From Fibrobacter sp. (GTDB lineage: Bacteria; Fibrobacterota; Fibrobacteria; Fibrobacterales; Fibrobacteraceae), in the NCBI GenBank assembly GCA_012841225.1, contig DUVD01000059.1:1-39805 (forward strand): a stretch of DNA of 39,805 nucleotides, given 5' to 3'. Within the stretch, counting starts at the first letter, position 1. Every line of letters begins with the position of its first letter. Positions 1 through 8,005 of the stretch are shown piece after piece. The position numbers and the translations under genes were made by a program. Under the pieces are notes generated by a model. That model saw only the letters and a list, made by a program, of their open reading frames with translations. It did not search any database and was not told the DNA's origin.

Positions 1-1502
1 GCATCGGTGACCACCACATTTTTATTGCGGCCTGTTTTGTTTCCATCGGCAGCTTGAATGCCGCCCAAAATGGAAATAGAGATGGAGTCCCCTTTAGCGA
101 TGGCTCCTTTTTCTACGGCAAAACGCCAAACATCACCATCTTTTTCGACAGCAGTCACAAAAACCAAATCGCCATTAATGTAAAAGGCATCCCCTTTTTT
201 GAAGTCTTGATCGATGTCTTTGTTAAAACGCACAACTAAAGTATCATCTTCTGTTTCAGAGCCTTTAATCAAAGAAGCTGTTCTAATAGCCGCACCAATA
301 CGATCTTGAATTTCTGTTTCGAGCACTGCCTCTGCCTCGTTTAACTTGGACTTAACGCCCACTCTCAAGATGCCTTCTCCAACTTTTTTAGGGTAAGTCG
401 TCTCTAGGTCGATCAATTGCAATAGGCCTTTCTTTTCTGTGTAAAAGAAATCTCCAGCGAAAGTCTCAAAAGACTCACCATTAGGCCAGCTGTATTTTGT
501 TTGCCCCGGAATCATCGTTACTGCATCTGTTTTACCTGAGAACCAGGCCGCAATGCTATCGCCAATGCCGTCACCATCGGTATCGAAAATAGCCGCACTA
601 TCTAGGGTAGGCATATCTGGATTTACAAAAGAAATAGTCCCTGGAAATAATTCCGAAACAAGATAGGTTTGGCCACTAGAAGAACTGTCTCTAGGGTAAC
701 CTTCTACATTAAAAACCGCGCCATCGATTGCCTTAGTTGTTTTAACTAAAAATGAAGCCGTTCCTTTAGTTACTTCCAGACGAATCGTAGAGTCGCTTAG
801 CTTTAAGGACTCGCCTTTTTCATTGTAAAAAACAAGGCCCGAAGAAGAAGGAGGAACGTCTATGAAAAAAGTTTTATTAATGGTAGTGTCGGTCTTGCCA
901 GAATCTGGACCAACAGGAATAACCAGTCGTACACCAAGCTCTATTTCGCTTCCGACTTCTCCAGACAACACCGTCTCTTTTGAAATCGGTTTGCCATTTT
1001 TGTCAACGTACTCGATTTGTGGAGCGTAAAAATTATAGATGCGGACTACATTAGCATCACTAGCATCTGCCTTTAACGCTGTCCCTACAGGAGAATTGTA
1101 CGTAGGGTAATGTGAAGTGATGCATAAATCGCGCTTAGCGGAATCGCCTGCATTAACCAAATTATTATTTGTTGTTAAAAGGGAGTCTGGATTAGCGCAC
1201 GTGGTTAAAGAAACGCGCAAAGAATCTTTTGGATATAAGGCGTTTTGTTTTTCTATCGATGGATGGAAGACATAAAAATTTTGATTGCTCAATGCATAAT
1301 CGAAAGAAAGAGGATCCCCTTCATTTACCACAAAAAGTCTTAATCCTTTTGTCACATCAACTGAAAAGTAAACGCAGCGCTGATCAAATTTTCCTGTAGG
1401 ATTAATGCAATCTATTTTTTCGGCAGCAAAGAGATTAGAGAAGCATAAAGCAAAAAGTATGCTTACATTAAAATTGAAAACTATTCTTAATAATCGTTTC
1501 AT
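1..1502 (-). CDS. Secreted protein of unknown function; the C-terminal part runs off the left window edge
   Basis: I checked every codon of the minus-strand frame that starts at the ATG at 1502-1500. There is no stop down to position 3 (about 500 codons). The ORF is absent from the track because it is open at the edge. The N-terminus MKRLLRIVFNFNVSILFALCFSNLFA/AEK looks like a Sec signal peptide. There is one DTDGDGIGD calcium-binding-type motif (558-584). I recognise no family. Confidence 0.6.
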   Translation of the reverse strand, partial: MKRLLRIVFNFNVSILFALCFSNLFAAEKIDCINPTGKFDQRCVYFSVDVTKGLRLFVVNEGDPLSFDYALSNQNFYVFHPSIEKQNALYPKDSLRVSLTTCANPDSLLTTNNNLVNAGDSAKRDLCITSHYPTYNSPVGTALKADASDANVVRIYNFYAPQIEYVDKNGKPISKETVLSGEVGSEIELGVRLVIPVGPDSGKTDTTINKTFFIDVPPSSSGLVFYNEKGESLKLSDSTIRLEVTKGTASFLVKTTKAIDGAVFNVEGYPRDSSSSGQTYLVSELFPGTISFVNPDMPTLDSAAIFDTDGDGIGDSIAAWFSGKTDAVTMIPGQTKYSWPNGESFETFAGDFFYTEKKGLLQLIDLETTYPKKVGEGILRVGVKSKLNEAEAVLETEIQDRIGAAIRTASLIKGSETEDDTLVVRFNKDIDQDFKKGDAFYINGDLVFVTAVEKDGDVWRFAVEKGAIAKGDSISISILGGIQAADGNKTGRNKNVVVTD

Positions 1503-1682
1503 CTCTCTAACCTTGACAAAAAATGCAAAAAAGACCATACCCTTAAAATAACTTCTAAAGCAAGTTGCACTAATGATGGGGTTCACATCATTTCGCCATT
1601 TCAAAAAAATAACCTTTTTGAGATGAAAAATATTATTTACTTACGTTTTAACGCAAAAAAAGGCATTTATTGTTCGATTACT

Positions 1683-2834
1683 CTAAACTGGAATATTACG
1701 CACTAAAAAATCTTCGATGATTGAATCCATGAAAACCCACCCGCGCCCCTGCAAACGGAGGTGATCACCAACACGAATGAGCATTTTCTTATCAATCCAA
1801 GGCTGGATAGCTTTTTCTGGAATTAAAATGGATTCTTCTTTTTTCAGCTTCATTAAGTCTAATCCCTCGGCCATTCTTAATGACAACCAAATTTTTTCTG
1901 TGAGACGCTCCTCTTTACCAATAGGATCAAATTCCATTGTCGATTCTGGACACCCGCTCAATACCCACTCGCGCCATGCGGTGTATTTTTCAGGAGCAAA
2001 AAATCGAACTTGATCCACAAAGCTATGCGCTCCGGGCCCCAGACCTAAATATGAACCGCCGCTCCAATAGTTTTTATTGTGTATGCTTTCTTTGCCTGGC
2101 TTAGCAAAATTAGAGACTTCGTAACGTTCAAAACCCGCTTTCAAAAGCGCGTCCACTCCACCTAAATACATCGGTTCGTAATCCGCTTCCTCTATACGTT
2201 CAAAGCCTCGACGCACTCTCGACCCTAAAACGGTGTGAGGAGAAACATTCAATCCATAAAAGCTAACATGATCTAAATTTTGTTCGCTTAAAAAACAAAC
2301 ATCTGAAATAAAATGAGCTAGCGTTTGGCCTGGTAAGTTGAACATCAAGTCGGCACTAAGACTTACTCCATGTGCTTTCCAAGCAATTAATTTATTCAAG
2401 GCGGCAAGCCCTGTTTGAACATCGTGAGAGCGACCTATTCTTAAAAGCAAGTCTTCTTGAAACGTTTGAAGACCAAGGCTAAAGCGATTCGCCCCATGAG
2501 CGACGGCGTTTTCTATACGATCATCAAAACACGATTCCGGATTCACTTCCATTGAAAACTCAAGAAGCGAAGGTGTGTTTAAGCCATGAAGTGATAGGGC
2601 AGAAAAAATTCGATCCTGTTGTTTTACATTTAAGACCGAAGGTGTCCCTCCCCCGAAATAAAGTGTTTTAGAATTCGTAGCAAATGAGGGGAACTTCTTG
2701 AACATGACACGCATTTCGGATTGTAATAAGTTCAAATAATCTTCGTAAAGCCTTTCTGGGGCAGAAAGGACTGAAAAGTCGCAATAATGGCAAACTTTGG
2801 CGCAAAAAGGAACGTGAATATAAAGGCTTTGCAT
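1683..2834 (-). CDS. hemW: Radical-SAM HemN/HemW family protein (heme chaperone / oxygen-independent coproporphyrinogen oxidase-like)
   Basis: ATG at 2834. The N-terminal YIHVPFCAKVCHYCDF carries the CxxxCxxC radical-SAM motif. Length (383 aa) and layout are typical of HemW. Confidence 0.85.
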   Translation of the reverse strand: MQSLYIHVPFCAKVCHYCDFSVLSAPERLYEDYLNLLQSEMRVMFKKFPSFATNSKTLYFGGGTPSVLNVKQQDRIFSALSLHGLNTPSLLEFSMEVNPESCFDDRIENAVAHGANRFSLGLQTFQEDLLLRIGRSHDVQTGLAALNKLIAWKAHGVSLSADLMFNLPGQTLAHFISDVCFLSEQNLDHVSFYGLNVSPHTVLGSRVRRGFERIEEADYEPMYLGGVDALLKAGFERYEVSNFAKPGKESIHNKNYWSGGSYLGLGPGAHSFVDQVRFFAPEKYTAWREWVLSGCPESTMEFDPIGKEERLTEKIWLSLRMAEGLDLMKLKKEESILIPEKAIQPWIDKKMLIRVGDHLRLQGRGWVFMDSIIEDFLVRNIPV

Positions 2835-2985
2835 AATAGTAATAGAAAAAATAACTCTATATATAACAAATAAGCTCTCTTTTAAATTTGTAGATGTATA
2901 TTGATTTTGTGAAAAACTTGATTTTTTTGAAAATTAAAGCGCTCTTGACTGGAAGACTTTCGCTAGTTCTTTTTTTATTCTTATC

Positions 2986-3011
2986 TTTTTTAGTTTTATT
3001 TTTTAGTTCTA
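2986..3011 (+). repeat. Tandem 13-nt T-tract repeat (TTTTTTAGTTTTA / TTTTTTAGTTCTA) in the hemW-cyclase divergent intergenic region
   Basis: Read directly: two adjacent 13-mers with 12/13 identity. A third TAGTTCT + T7 copy lies at 2964-2977. Confidence 0.5.
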
Positions 3012-3091
3012 CTTTACTTCTTGGAGAATCATATAAAGACATTTTTATTGTCATTATGATTTGGTCACTCCCCTTATTTTTGCATTAGCTT

Positions 3092-4174
3092 ATGATGATG
3101 ACTCGTTTAAACGCTAGAAAATTCAAAGCCATTGGCTTCTACCTACTTAGTTGGATTCTTTCTTGCTTGTTATTTGCCTCATTTGATTTTTACAATAGTT
3201 CAGAAGAAAACTACGTTTTTTCTTTTATATTCATTTTTCAATTTGCTTTGTTAATAGGCCTCTCCCATGGTATTTATGATGTTGTGGTATTAGAAGACGA
3301 CCGAGACCACCGACCTATATGGGTAGCTGTTTTAATCCGAACGTCCTATTTTATTGTGGCTATTTTCTCTAACATTGCCATTTGCGTTTTTATTTGGAGC
3401 ATTTATAGCACTGGTGAAATGATCGGCGAGGAGAGCTTTAAATTACTCTGGCTTCTTCTTAAAACCCCACTTGTTCAGCTGTTTATGCTGTACTCTTTTT
3501 TAATGGGTTATCTAATCACCTTTGTGCGTTCGGTTCATAAAAAGTTTGGCACTCGAGTTTTTATTAATACGATACTCGGCAAATACCAAGAGCCTTCAGA
3601 AGAAGATCGTATTTTCATGTTAATCGACTTGCGCAATTCAACGACCATCGCCGAAGAGCTCGGCCACTTTAAGTACAGCAATTTCTTAAGAGATTACTAC
3701 CGCTTTGTGTCCAACTGTTGCGAAGAAAATCGGGGTGAAATTTACCAAATTGCAGGTGATGGGGCTTATTTGACTTGGCCTTTAAAATCTTGCTTAAAAA
3801 AACCAAGACCTGTGACTTGCTTTTATGACCTTCAGATTTGCTTAGATAGAACAAAAAAGACGTTTTTAAAAAATTATGGCGTAGCACCTACTTTTAAAGG
3901 GGCAGCACACTGTGGTAAAGTAATTGTTTCTGAAGTGGGTAATTTTGGTAGCGAAATCGCTTATCATGGCGATGTATTGAATACGACCGCTAGGCTTGAA
4001 ACTCTTTGTGCTAAGATAGGGCAAGAATTTATCGTCTCTGAAGAATTTGTGAGCAAAATGCCTGAAATTAAAAAGCTATATCCTCAAAAGCAGGGTTTTT
4101 TTGAATTAAAGGGCAAAAAAAAGACTATTTCTGTATATAGTTTGCATTTTCCCTTGACAGAGAAAACGGAATAA
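3092..4174 (+). CDS. Membrane-anchored class III adenylate/guanylate cyclase
   Basis: The N-terminal half has several hydrophobic segments. The C-terminal half carries class III cyclase motifs (IFMLIDLRNST, YQIAGDGAYLTW, YHGDVLNTTARLE). Nucleotide specificity cannot be judged by eye. Confidence 0.85.
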   Translation: MMMTRLNARKFKAIGFYLLSWILSCLLFASFDFYNSSEENYVFSFIFIFQFALLIGLSHGIYDVVVLEDDRDHRPIWVAVLIRTSYFIVAIFSNIAICVFIWSIYSTGEMIGEESFKLLWLLLKTPLVQLFMLYSFLMGYLITFVRSVHKKFGTRVFINTILGKYQEPSEEDRIFMLIDLRNSTTIAEELGHFKYSNFLRDYYRFVSNCCEENRGEIYQIAGDGAYLTWPLKSCLKKPRPVTCFYDLQICLDRTKKTFLKNYGVAPTFKGAAHCGKVIVSEVGNFGSEIAYHGDVLNTTARLETLCAKIGQEFIVSEEFVSKMPEIKKLYPQKQGFFELKGKKKTISVYSLHFPLTEKTE

Positions 4175-4182
4175 ATTAATAT
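4154..4182 (+). promoter_or_regulatory. Sigma70-type promoter candidate for tRNA-Gly (TTGACA-N17-TAATAT)
   Basis: Perfect -35 TTGACA at 4154-4159, a 17-nt spacer, then TAATAT at 4177-4182. This places the -10 about 19 nt upstream of the tRNA 5' end and overlaps the last codons of the cyclase gene. Confidence 0.5.
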
Positions 4183-4200
4183 TGTTCACACTTAATTAAG

Positions 4201-4273
4201 CGGGAATAGCTCAGTTGGTAGAGCATAACCTTGCCAAGGTTAGGGTCGAGAGTTCGAATCTCTTTTCCCGCTC
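4201..4273 (+). tRNA. tRNA-Gly, anticodon GCC; no encoded CCA
   Basis: Manual cloverleaf: acceptor GCGGGAA/TTCCCGC, D-arm GCTC-AGTTGGTA-GAGC, anticodon arm TAACC-TTGCCAA-GGTTA, T-arm GAGAG-TTCGAAT-CTCTT, discriminator T. Confidence 0.9.
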
Positions 4274-4284
4274 TTAATTAAAAA

Positions 4285-4311
4285 AGGTCATCGTTAAGAT
4301 GGCCTTTCTTA
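4285..4311. terminator. Hairpin between tRNA-Gly and the convergent nrdG; likely a bidirectional intrinsic terminator
   Basis: AAGGTCATC-GTTAA-GATGGCCTT gives a 9-bp stem with one G-T (plus strand) or C-A (minus strand) pair. It is followed by TTTCTT on the plus strand and by TTTTTT on the minus strand. Confidence 0.5.
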
Positions 4312-4335
4312 ATTTAAATGGAATTTTAAGAATTT

Positions 4336-4869
4336 TCAAAAAGTAGCGAGAACGGCTTGCCCCGCGGAAAGACTCTTTTGCACGTCAAGAACCCTTTGGT
4401 TAGCAGATCCCTTAAAAGGGACGTCTAGGGTACGCTGCTCAAAAATAAAGAGGCCGTCTATCAATAGGTCAGCAAAAGAGAGGAGTTCTAGGTATGCAGG
4501 CGTTGTTGCCGAATTAGAGATTAAGTCTTCGTAAACATGCCCTGTATATATCACTAAGTGATAACCGCGTTCTTTGATCTCACGTGCAAGCGGTACAAGC
4601 GCCTGGGCTTGAGAAAACGGTTCTCCCCCACTAAAGGTAATGCCGTCGAGGAGTTCGTTTTCTTCGATCATTTCTAGAATTTCGCTAATGAGAATCCAGT
4701 GGCCACCATTAAAGTCATGGGTTTGCGGGTTATGACAGCCTGGGCAAAGGTGTGGACATCCTTGGGTAAAAATCGTCATTCGAATGCCTGGCCCATCTAC
4801 AATGGACTCTGGTTCAATTCCCGAAATCCGGAGCCTTAAAACAGGCTTCTCTGGTGCACTATAATCCAT
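4336..4869 (-). CDS. nrdG: Anaerobic ribonucleoside-triphosphate reductase activating protein (radical SAM)
   Basis: CPHLCPGCHN cluster motif, 177 aa, ATG at 4869. It overlaps the nrdD stop by 11 nt. Confidence 0.9.
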   Translation of the reverse strand: MDYSAPEKPVLRLRISGIEPESIVDGPGIRMTIFTQGCPHLCPGCHNPQTHDFNGGHWILISEILEMIEENELLDGITFSGGEPFSQAQALVPLAREIKERGYHLVIYTGHVYEDLISNSATTPAYLELLSFADLLIDGLFIFEQRTLDVPFKGSANQRVLDVQKSLSAGQAVLATF

Positions 4870-7249
4870 GCTTTACCCGGTCTTTCACCTCTGTTTTTTT
4901 TGCGTCATTAAAGCGATCTAAAGTGCCGACTAAGTACCCCGTGATCCGGCGTATTCTTTCGAATTTCGCACCTGTCGATTCTTTGGCGTGGCATTTAGGA
5001 CACTCGTCTCCGATGATCCCTGTGTAAGAGCACTCTGGATGGCGATCTAATGGATGGTTGACTGAGCCATAGCCCATTCCCGATTTAGCCATCACTCGAA
5101 TTATTTTTTCGAAGGCATCTAAGTTGTGGCTTGGATTGCCGTCGAGTTCGATGTAGCTAATATGACCTGCATTGGTGAGCGCATGGTAAGGGGCTTCGAT
5201 TTCTATTTTGTGCATGGCATTTGTTTTATAATACACTGGCACATGAAATGAGTTGGTGTAATAATCTCTGTCTGTGATGCCTTTTTTCTCGCCAAAGCGC
5301 TTGCGGTCAATGCGGACAAAGCGCCCAGAAAGACCTTCTGCAGGGGTCGCTAACAAAGAGAAATTAAGACCTAAGCGCTTACTTTCACTATCGCAAAATT
5401 CTCGCATGCGCGTGATAATTTTTAATCCCAATTGTTGAGATTCATCAGATTCACCATGGTGCTTGCCCGTTAAAGCAACCAGCGTTTCGGCTAGGCCTAT
5501 AAAACCAATTGAAAGTGTGCCGTGCTTAATTACTTCACGAATCTCGTCGTTCCAGCCTAATTTTTCGGAATCTATCCAAACGCCTTGCCCCATTAAAAAG
5601 GGAAAGTTCTTTACTTTTTTACGGCATTGCACTTCAAAGCGCTCGAGCAACTGGTCACGAACGACCTCTAAAAGACGATCGAGTTCTTTAAAGAATAATT
5701 CTTGGCTGCCATTTAATTTAATAGCAATCCGGGGCAGGTTAATAGAGGTAAAACTCAAGTTGCCACGACCAAAAGTAATTTCACGATCGGGGTCTATTTC
5801 ATTGCCAATCACTCGAGTTCTGCAACCCATATAGGCGATTTCTGTTTCTGGTTGACCTGGCTTGTAATACTGCAAGTTAAAAGGAGCATCTTGAAAACTG
5901 AAATTAGGAAACAAGCGTTTAGCACTAACACGGCACGCGAGCTTAAATAAGTCGTAGTTAGGGTCTCCTGGATTTAAGCTAATGCCCTCTTTAACCCTAA
6001 ATATTTGAATAGGGAAAACTGCTGTTTCACCTGCGCCGAGGCCTTCTTCGGTAGTAAGCAGTAAGTTGCGCATAACCATTCGTGCTTCTGGTTCTATGCA
6101 GAGCCCGTAGTTGATGCTTGAGAAAGGCGTTTGCGCCCCAGCGCGACTGTGCATGCTGTTTAAGTTGTGCACAAAGGCTTCCATGGCTTGGAATGTGGTT
6201 TTATCCGTTTCTTGATAAGCTTGTTTCTGAGCGAACGTTTGAGCCTTAGCAACAATATCGACTGGGAAGTTTTTGACTAACTCACGTGCTTCGTTTTCTT
6301 TAAACTGAGGGTTTGGATCCAAGGTGGGAAAAATGCTTAACTCGCTCAATTCTTGATGTAGCTTTTTAATGATCTCGGTAATGTTTAGCTCATCTAAATC
6401 GCTCATGATCGTTAATGCTTTAATAATATTAGCACGATAAAACTTACGATAAGAAACGCGCACTCCATTGGCGAGAGCGTAATCAAAGTTTGGAACCGAC
6501 TGACCGCCATGCTGATCGTTTTGATTGCTCTGGATAGCAATAGCTGCCAGTGCGGCATAACTCCGAATGTCTTTTGGAGCACGGAGATGACCGTGACCTG
6601 TGTTAAATCCGCCATCAAACAAGCGGGTTAAATCGATTTGACAACAGGTTAAAGTCAAAGAATAAAAATCTAAATCGTGTATGTGAATATCGCCGTCTTG
6701 ATGAAGTTGAGAATGCTCAGGCTTCAACATCACCATGGTGTAAAAGTGCTTAGCGCCTTCCGAACCATATTTTAACATGGTGCCCATGGCTGTGTCGCCA
6801 TCAATATTCGCGTTTTCACGCTTGAGGTCCGATTTTTCGGCATCACTAAATGTGATATCGTGTAAGGTGCGCATTAGACGGGTATCGAGTTCACGAACTC
6901 TGGAGCGCTCAGCCCTATATAAAATATAGCGCTTTGCTGTTTCTACAAAACCTCGTTCCACAAGAACATGTTCGGCAGCGTCTTGGATGTCCTCAATGCC
7001 TGGGTGCGTTTGCCCTTTAGCTTCTAGGTGCTCAACAGCAGCAACGGCTAGATTTAATGCGGTCGCCTCTAAAACTTCTTCTGGATTTGCTTTTATTAAA
7101 CTGAGCTGCTGTTCGTCACCGCGCAAGCGCTCATTTAATTCTCCAGATGCCCTGATAGCCTTGCCCATTGCACTTGCTATCTTTTCTATGTTAAAGGGCT
7201 TCTCACGACCATCGCGTTTTTTTACCATTAAAATCATTTTTCTTTCCAT
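4859..7249 (-). CDS. nrdD: Class III (anaerobic) ribonucleoside-triphosphate reductase
   Basis: N-terminal ATP-cone (VKKRDGREKPFNIEKI), a C-terminal CPKCH zinc site and the glycyl-radical motif RRITGYLVG. The start could be one of the downstream Met codons (M5 or M8). Confidence 0.95.
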   Translation of the reverse strand: MERKMILMVKKRDGREKPFNIEKIASAMGKAIRASGELNERLRGDEQQLSLIKANPEEVLEATALNLAVAAVEHLEAKGQTHPGIEDIQDAAEHVLVERGFVETAKRYILYRAERSRVRELDTRLMRTLHDITFSDAEKSDLKRENANIDGDTAMGTMLKYGSEGAKHFYTMVMLKPEHSQLHQDGDIHIHDLDFYSLTLTCCQIDLTRLFDGGFNTGHGHLRAPKDIRSYAALAAIAIQSNQNDQHGGQSVPNFDYALANGVRVSYRKFYRANIIKALTIMSDLDELNITEIIKKLHQELSELSIFPTLDPNPQFKENEARELVKNFPVDIVAKAQTFAQKQAYQETDKTTFQAMEAFVHNLNSMHSRAGAQTPFSSINYGLCIEPEARMVMRNLLLTTEEGLGAGETAVFPIQIFRVKEGISLNPGDPNYDLFKLACRVSAKRLFPNFSFQDAPFNLQYYKPGQPETEIAYMGCRTRVIGNEIDPDREITFGRGNLSFTSINLPRIAIKLNGSQELFFKELDRLLEVVRDQLLERFEVQCRKKVKNFPFLMGQGVWIDSEKLGWNDEIREVIKHGTLSIGFIGLAETLVALTGKHHGESDESQQLGLKIITRMREFCDSESKRLGLNFSLLATPAEGLSGRFVRIDRKRFGEKKGITDRDYYTNSFHVPVYYKTNAMHKIEIEAPYHALTNAGHISYIELDGNPSHNLDAFEKIIRVMAKSGMGYGSVNHPLDRHPECSYTGIIGDECPKCHAKESTGAKFERIRRITGYLVGTLDRFNDAKKTEVKDRVKHGL

Positions 7250-7275
7250 CTTCTAAATTTTTAATTAGGCCTTCG

Positions 7276-7291
7276 CAACTACATATTGCAC
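7276..7291 (-). promoter_or_regulatory. Weaker NrdR-box-like site upstream of nrdD
   Basis: CAACTACATATTGCAC matches about 10 of 16 positions of the NrdR-box consensus as I recall it (acaCwAtATaTwGtgt). It lies 27-42 nt upstream of the nrdD ATG. Confidence 0.35.
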
Positions 7292-7316
7292 TTTTTGCAG
7301 GCCTTTTCTTATTTTT

Positions 7317-7332
7317 ATACAATATATAGTCT
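7317..7332 (-). promoter_or_regulatory. NrdR-box-like site upstream of nrdD
   Basis: ATACAATATATAGTCT matches about 14 of 16 positions of the recalled NrdR-box consensus. Its centre is about 41 bp from the first box. Confidence 0.55.
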
Positions 7333-7396
7333 CATAAGATAATAAAAGATTATGTAAAAAGAACTCTATTTCTTAGTTTTATTTATATTTTAGGGT

Positions 7397-7918
7397 ATGA
7401 ATGAAAATATTTTACTCCTAATTTCTCACCCAGACTATCCTAAGTCTAGGATTAATAAGGCTTTAGCTCAAAAAGCAGGTCTATTACCTAATGTGACCGT
7501 TCGACATTTGGACGAAGTTCAAAAAGAGAACCATTATTCAATAGAAGAAGAGTTTGCTCTTTTAAGAAAAGCGTCTTGTGTGGTTTGGTTATTCCCGGTA
7601 CACTGGTATAATGCACCCCCTTCTTTGCGCCTTTGGCAGGATGAAGTCTTGAGCCCAATATTATATGGATCCGAAAATTTCTTAAAAGGTAAAAAGGTGT
7701 TGCTGGCTTGCAGTGCTGGGGCTGCGGAAGAAACTTTTTCACCTACAGGGTTAAACCGCTTTACTGCAGAAGAAATGCTTCGTCCGATGCAGATGACCAC
7801 AAATGCCTGCTCTATGGAATGGCAAAAGCCTTTTGTCACTTTTGGCGCAGCGACTTTGACAGACGAACAAATAAGCAGCGCTGCCGAAGAATTTGTTCTT
7901 TTACTACAAAAACTATAA
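7397..7918 (+). CDS. Flavodoxin-like-fold NAD(P)H (quinone) oxidoreductase, KefF/KefG-like
   Basis: ILLLISHPDYPKSRINKAL ... VVWLFPVHWYNAPPSLRLWQDEVL resembles the E. coli KefG/KefF (Flavodoxin_2) pattern. No kefB or kefC gene is adjacent. Confidence 0.75.
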   Translation: MNENILLLISHPDYPKSRINKALAQKAGLLPNVTVRHLDEVQKENHYSIEEEFALLRKASCVVWLFPVHWYNAPPSLRLWQDEVLSPILYGSENFLKGKKVLLACSAGAAEETFSPTGLNRFTAEEMLRPMQMTTNACSMEWQKPFVTFGAATLTDEQISSAAEEFVLLLQKL

Positions 7919-7921
7919 AAC

Positions 7922-7962
7922 AAAAAGACTACCATGGAGGGAGGCCACGATAGTCTTTTTTT
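7922..7962. terminator. Bidirectional intrinsic terminator between the flavoprotein gene and ftsZ
   Basis: AAAAAGACTA (7922-7931) pairs perfectly with TAGTCTTTTT (7951-7960) around a 19-nt loop. The A-tract/T-tract arrangement gives a U-run in both orientations. Confidence 0.55.
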
Positions 7963-7970
7963 GTTGTAGT

Positions 7971-7997
7971 GAAAACATTAAGGGGTTTAATGTTTTC
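7971..7997. other. Perfect 11-bp hairpin 9 nt downstream of the ftsZ stop
   Basis: GAAAACATTAA-GGGGT-TTAATGTTTTC. No U-run follows on either strand, so its role (RNA stability or pause element) is unclear. Confidence 0.4.
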
Positions 7998-8005
7998 GGG
8001 TCGTT

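Noticed and set aside
54-239. 61-aa plus-strand ORF in the track.
   Set aside because: It lies inside the roughly 500-codon open minus-strand frame of the secreted protein. No supporting signal.
1503-1682. Hairpins in the hemW / secreted-protein intergenic region (CATTTCAAAAA...TTTTTGAGATG and ATGATG...CATCAT), considered as terminators.
   Set aside because: The stems are almost entirely A/T or only 6 bp long. On the transcribed (minus) strand the longer one has a C-A mismatch. Neither is followed by a convincing U-run.
2857-3088. Two small ORFs in the hemW-cyclase intergenic region. One is a 65-aa very basic ORF on the minus strand. The other is a 64-aa Phe/Leu-rich ORF on the plus strand that ends 3 nt before the cyclase start.
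   Set aside because: The region is extremely T-rich, which automatically yields Phe/Leu-rich (plus) and Lys-rich (minus) translations. There is no SD, and the two ORFs overlap each other. The plus-strand ORF could still be a small membrane peptide, but nothing in the sequence supports that over chance.
4191-4316. tRNA-Gly flanking repeats read as attachment sites of an integrated element, with nrdDG as cargo.
   Set aside because: There is no integrase. The repeats bracket only the tRNA itself. nrdDG carries the host-type NrdR regulation signature.
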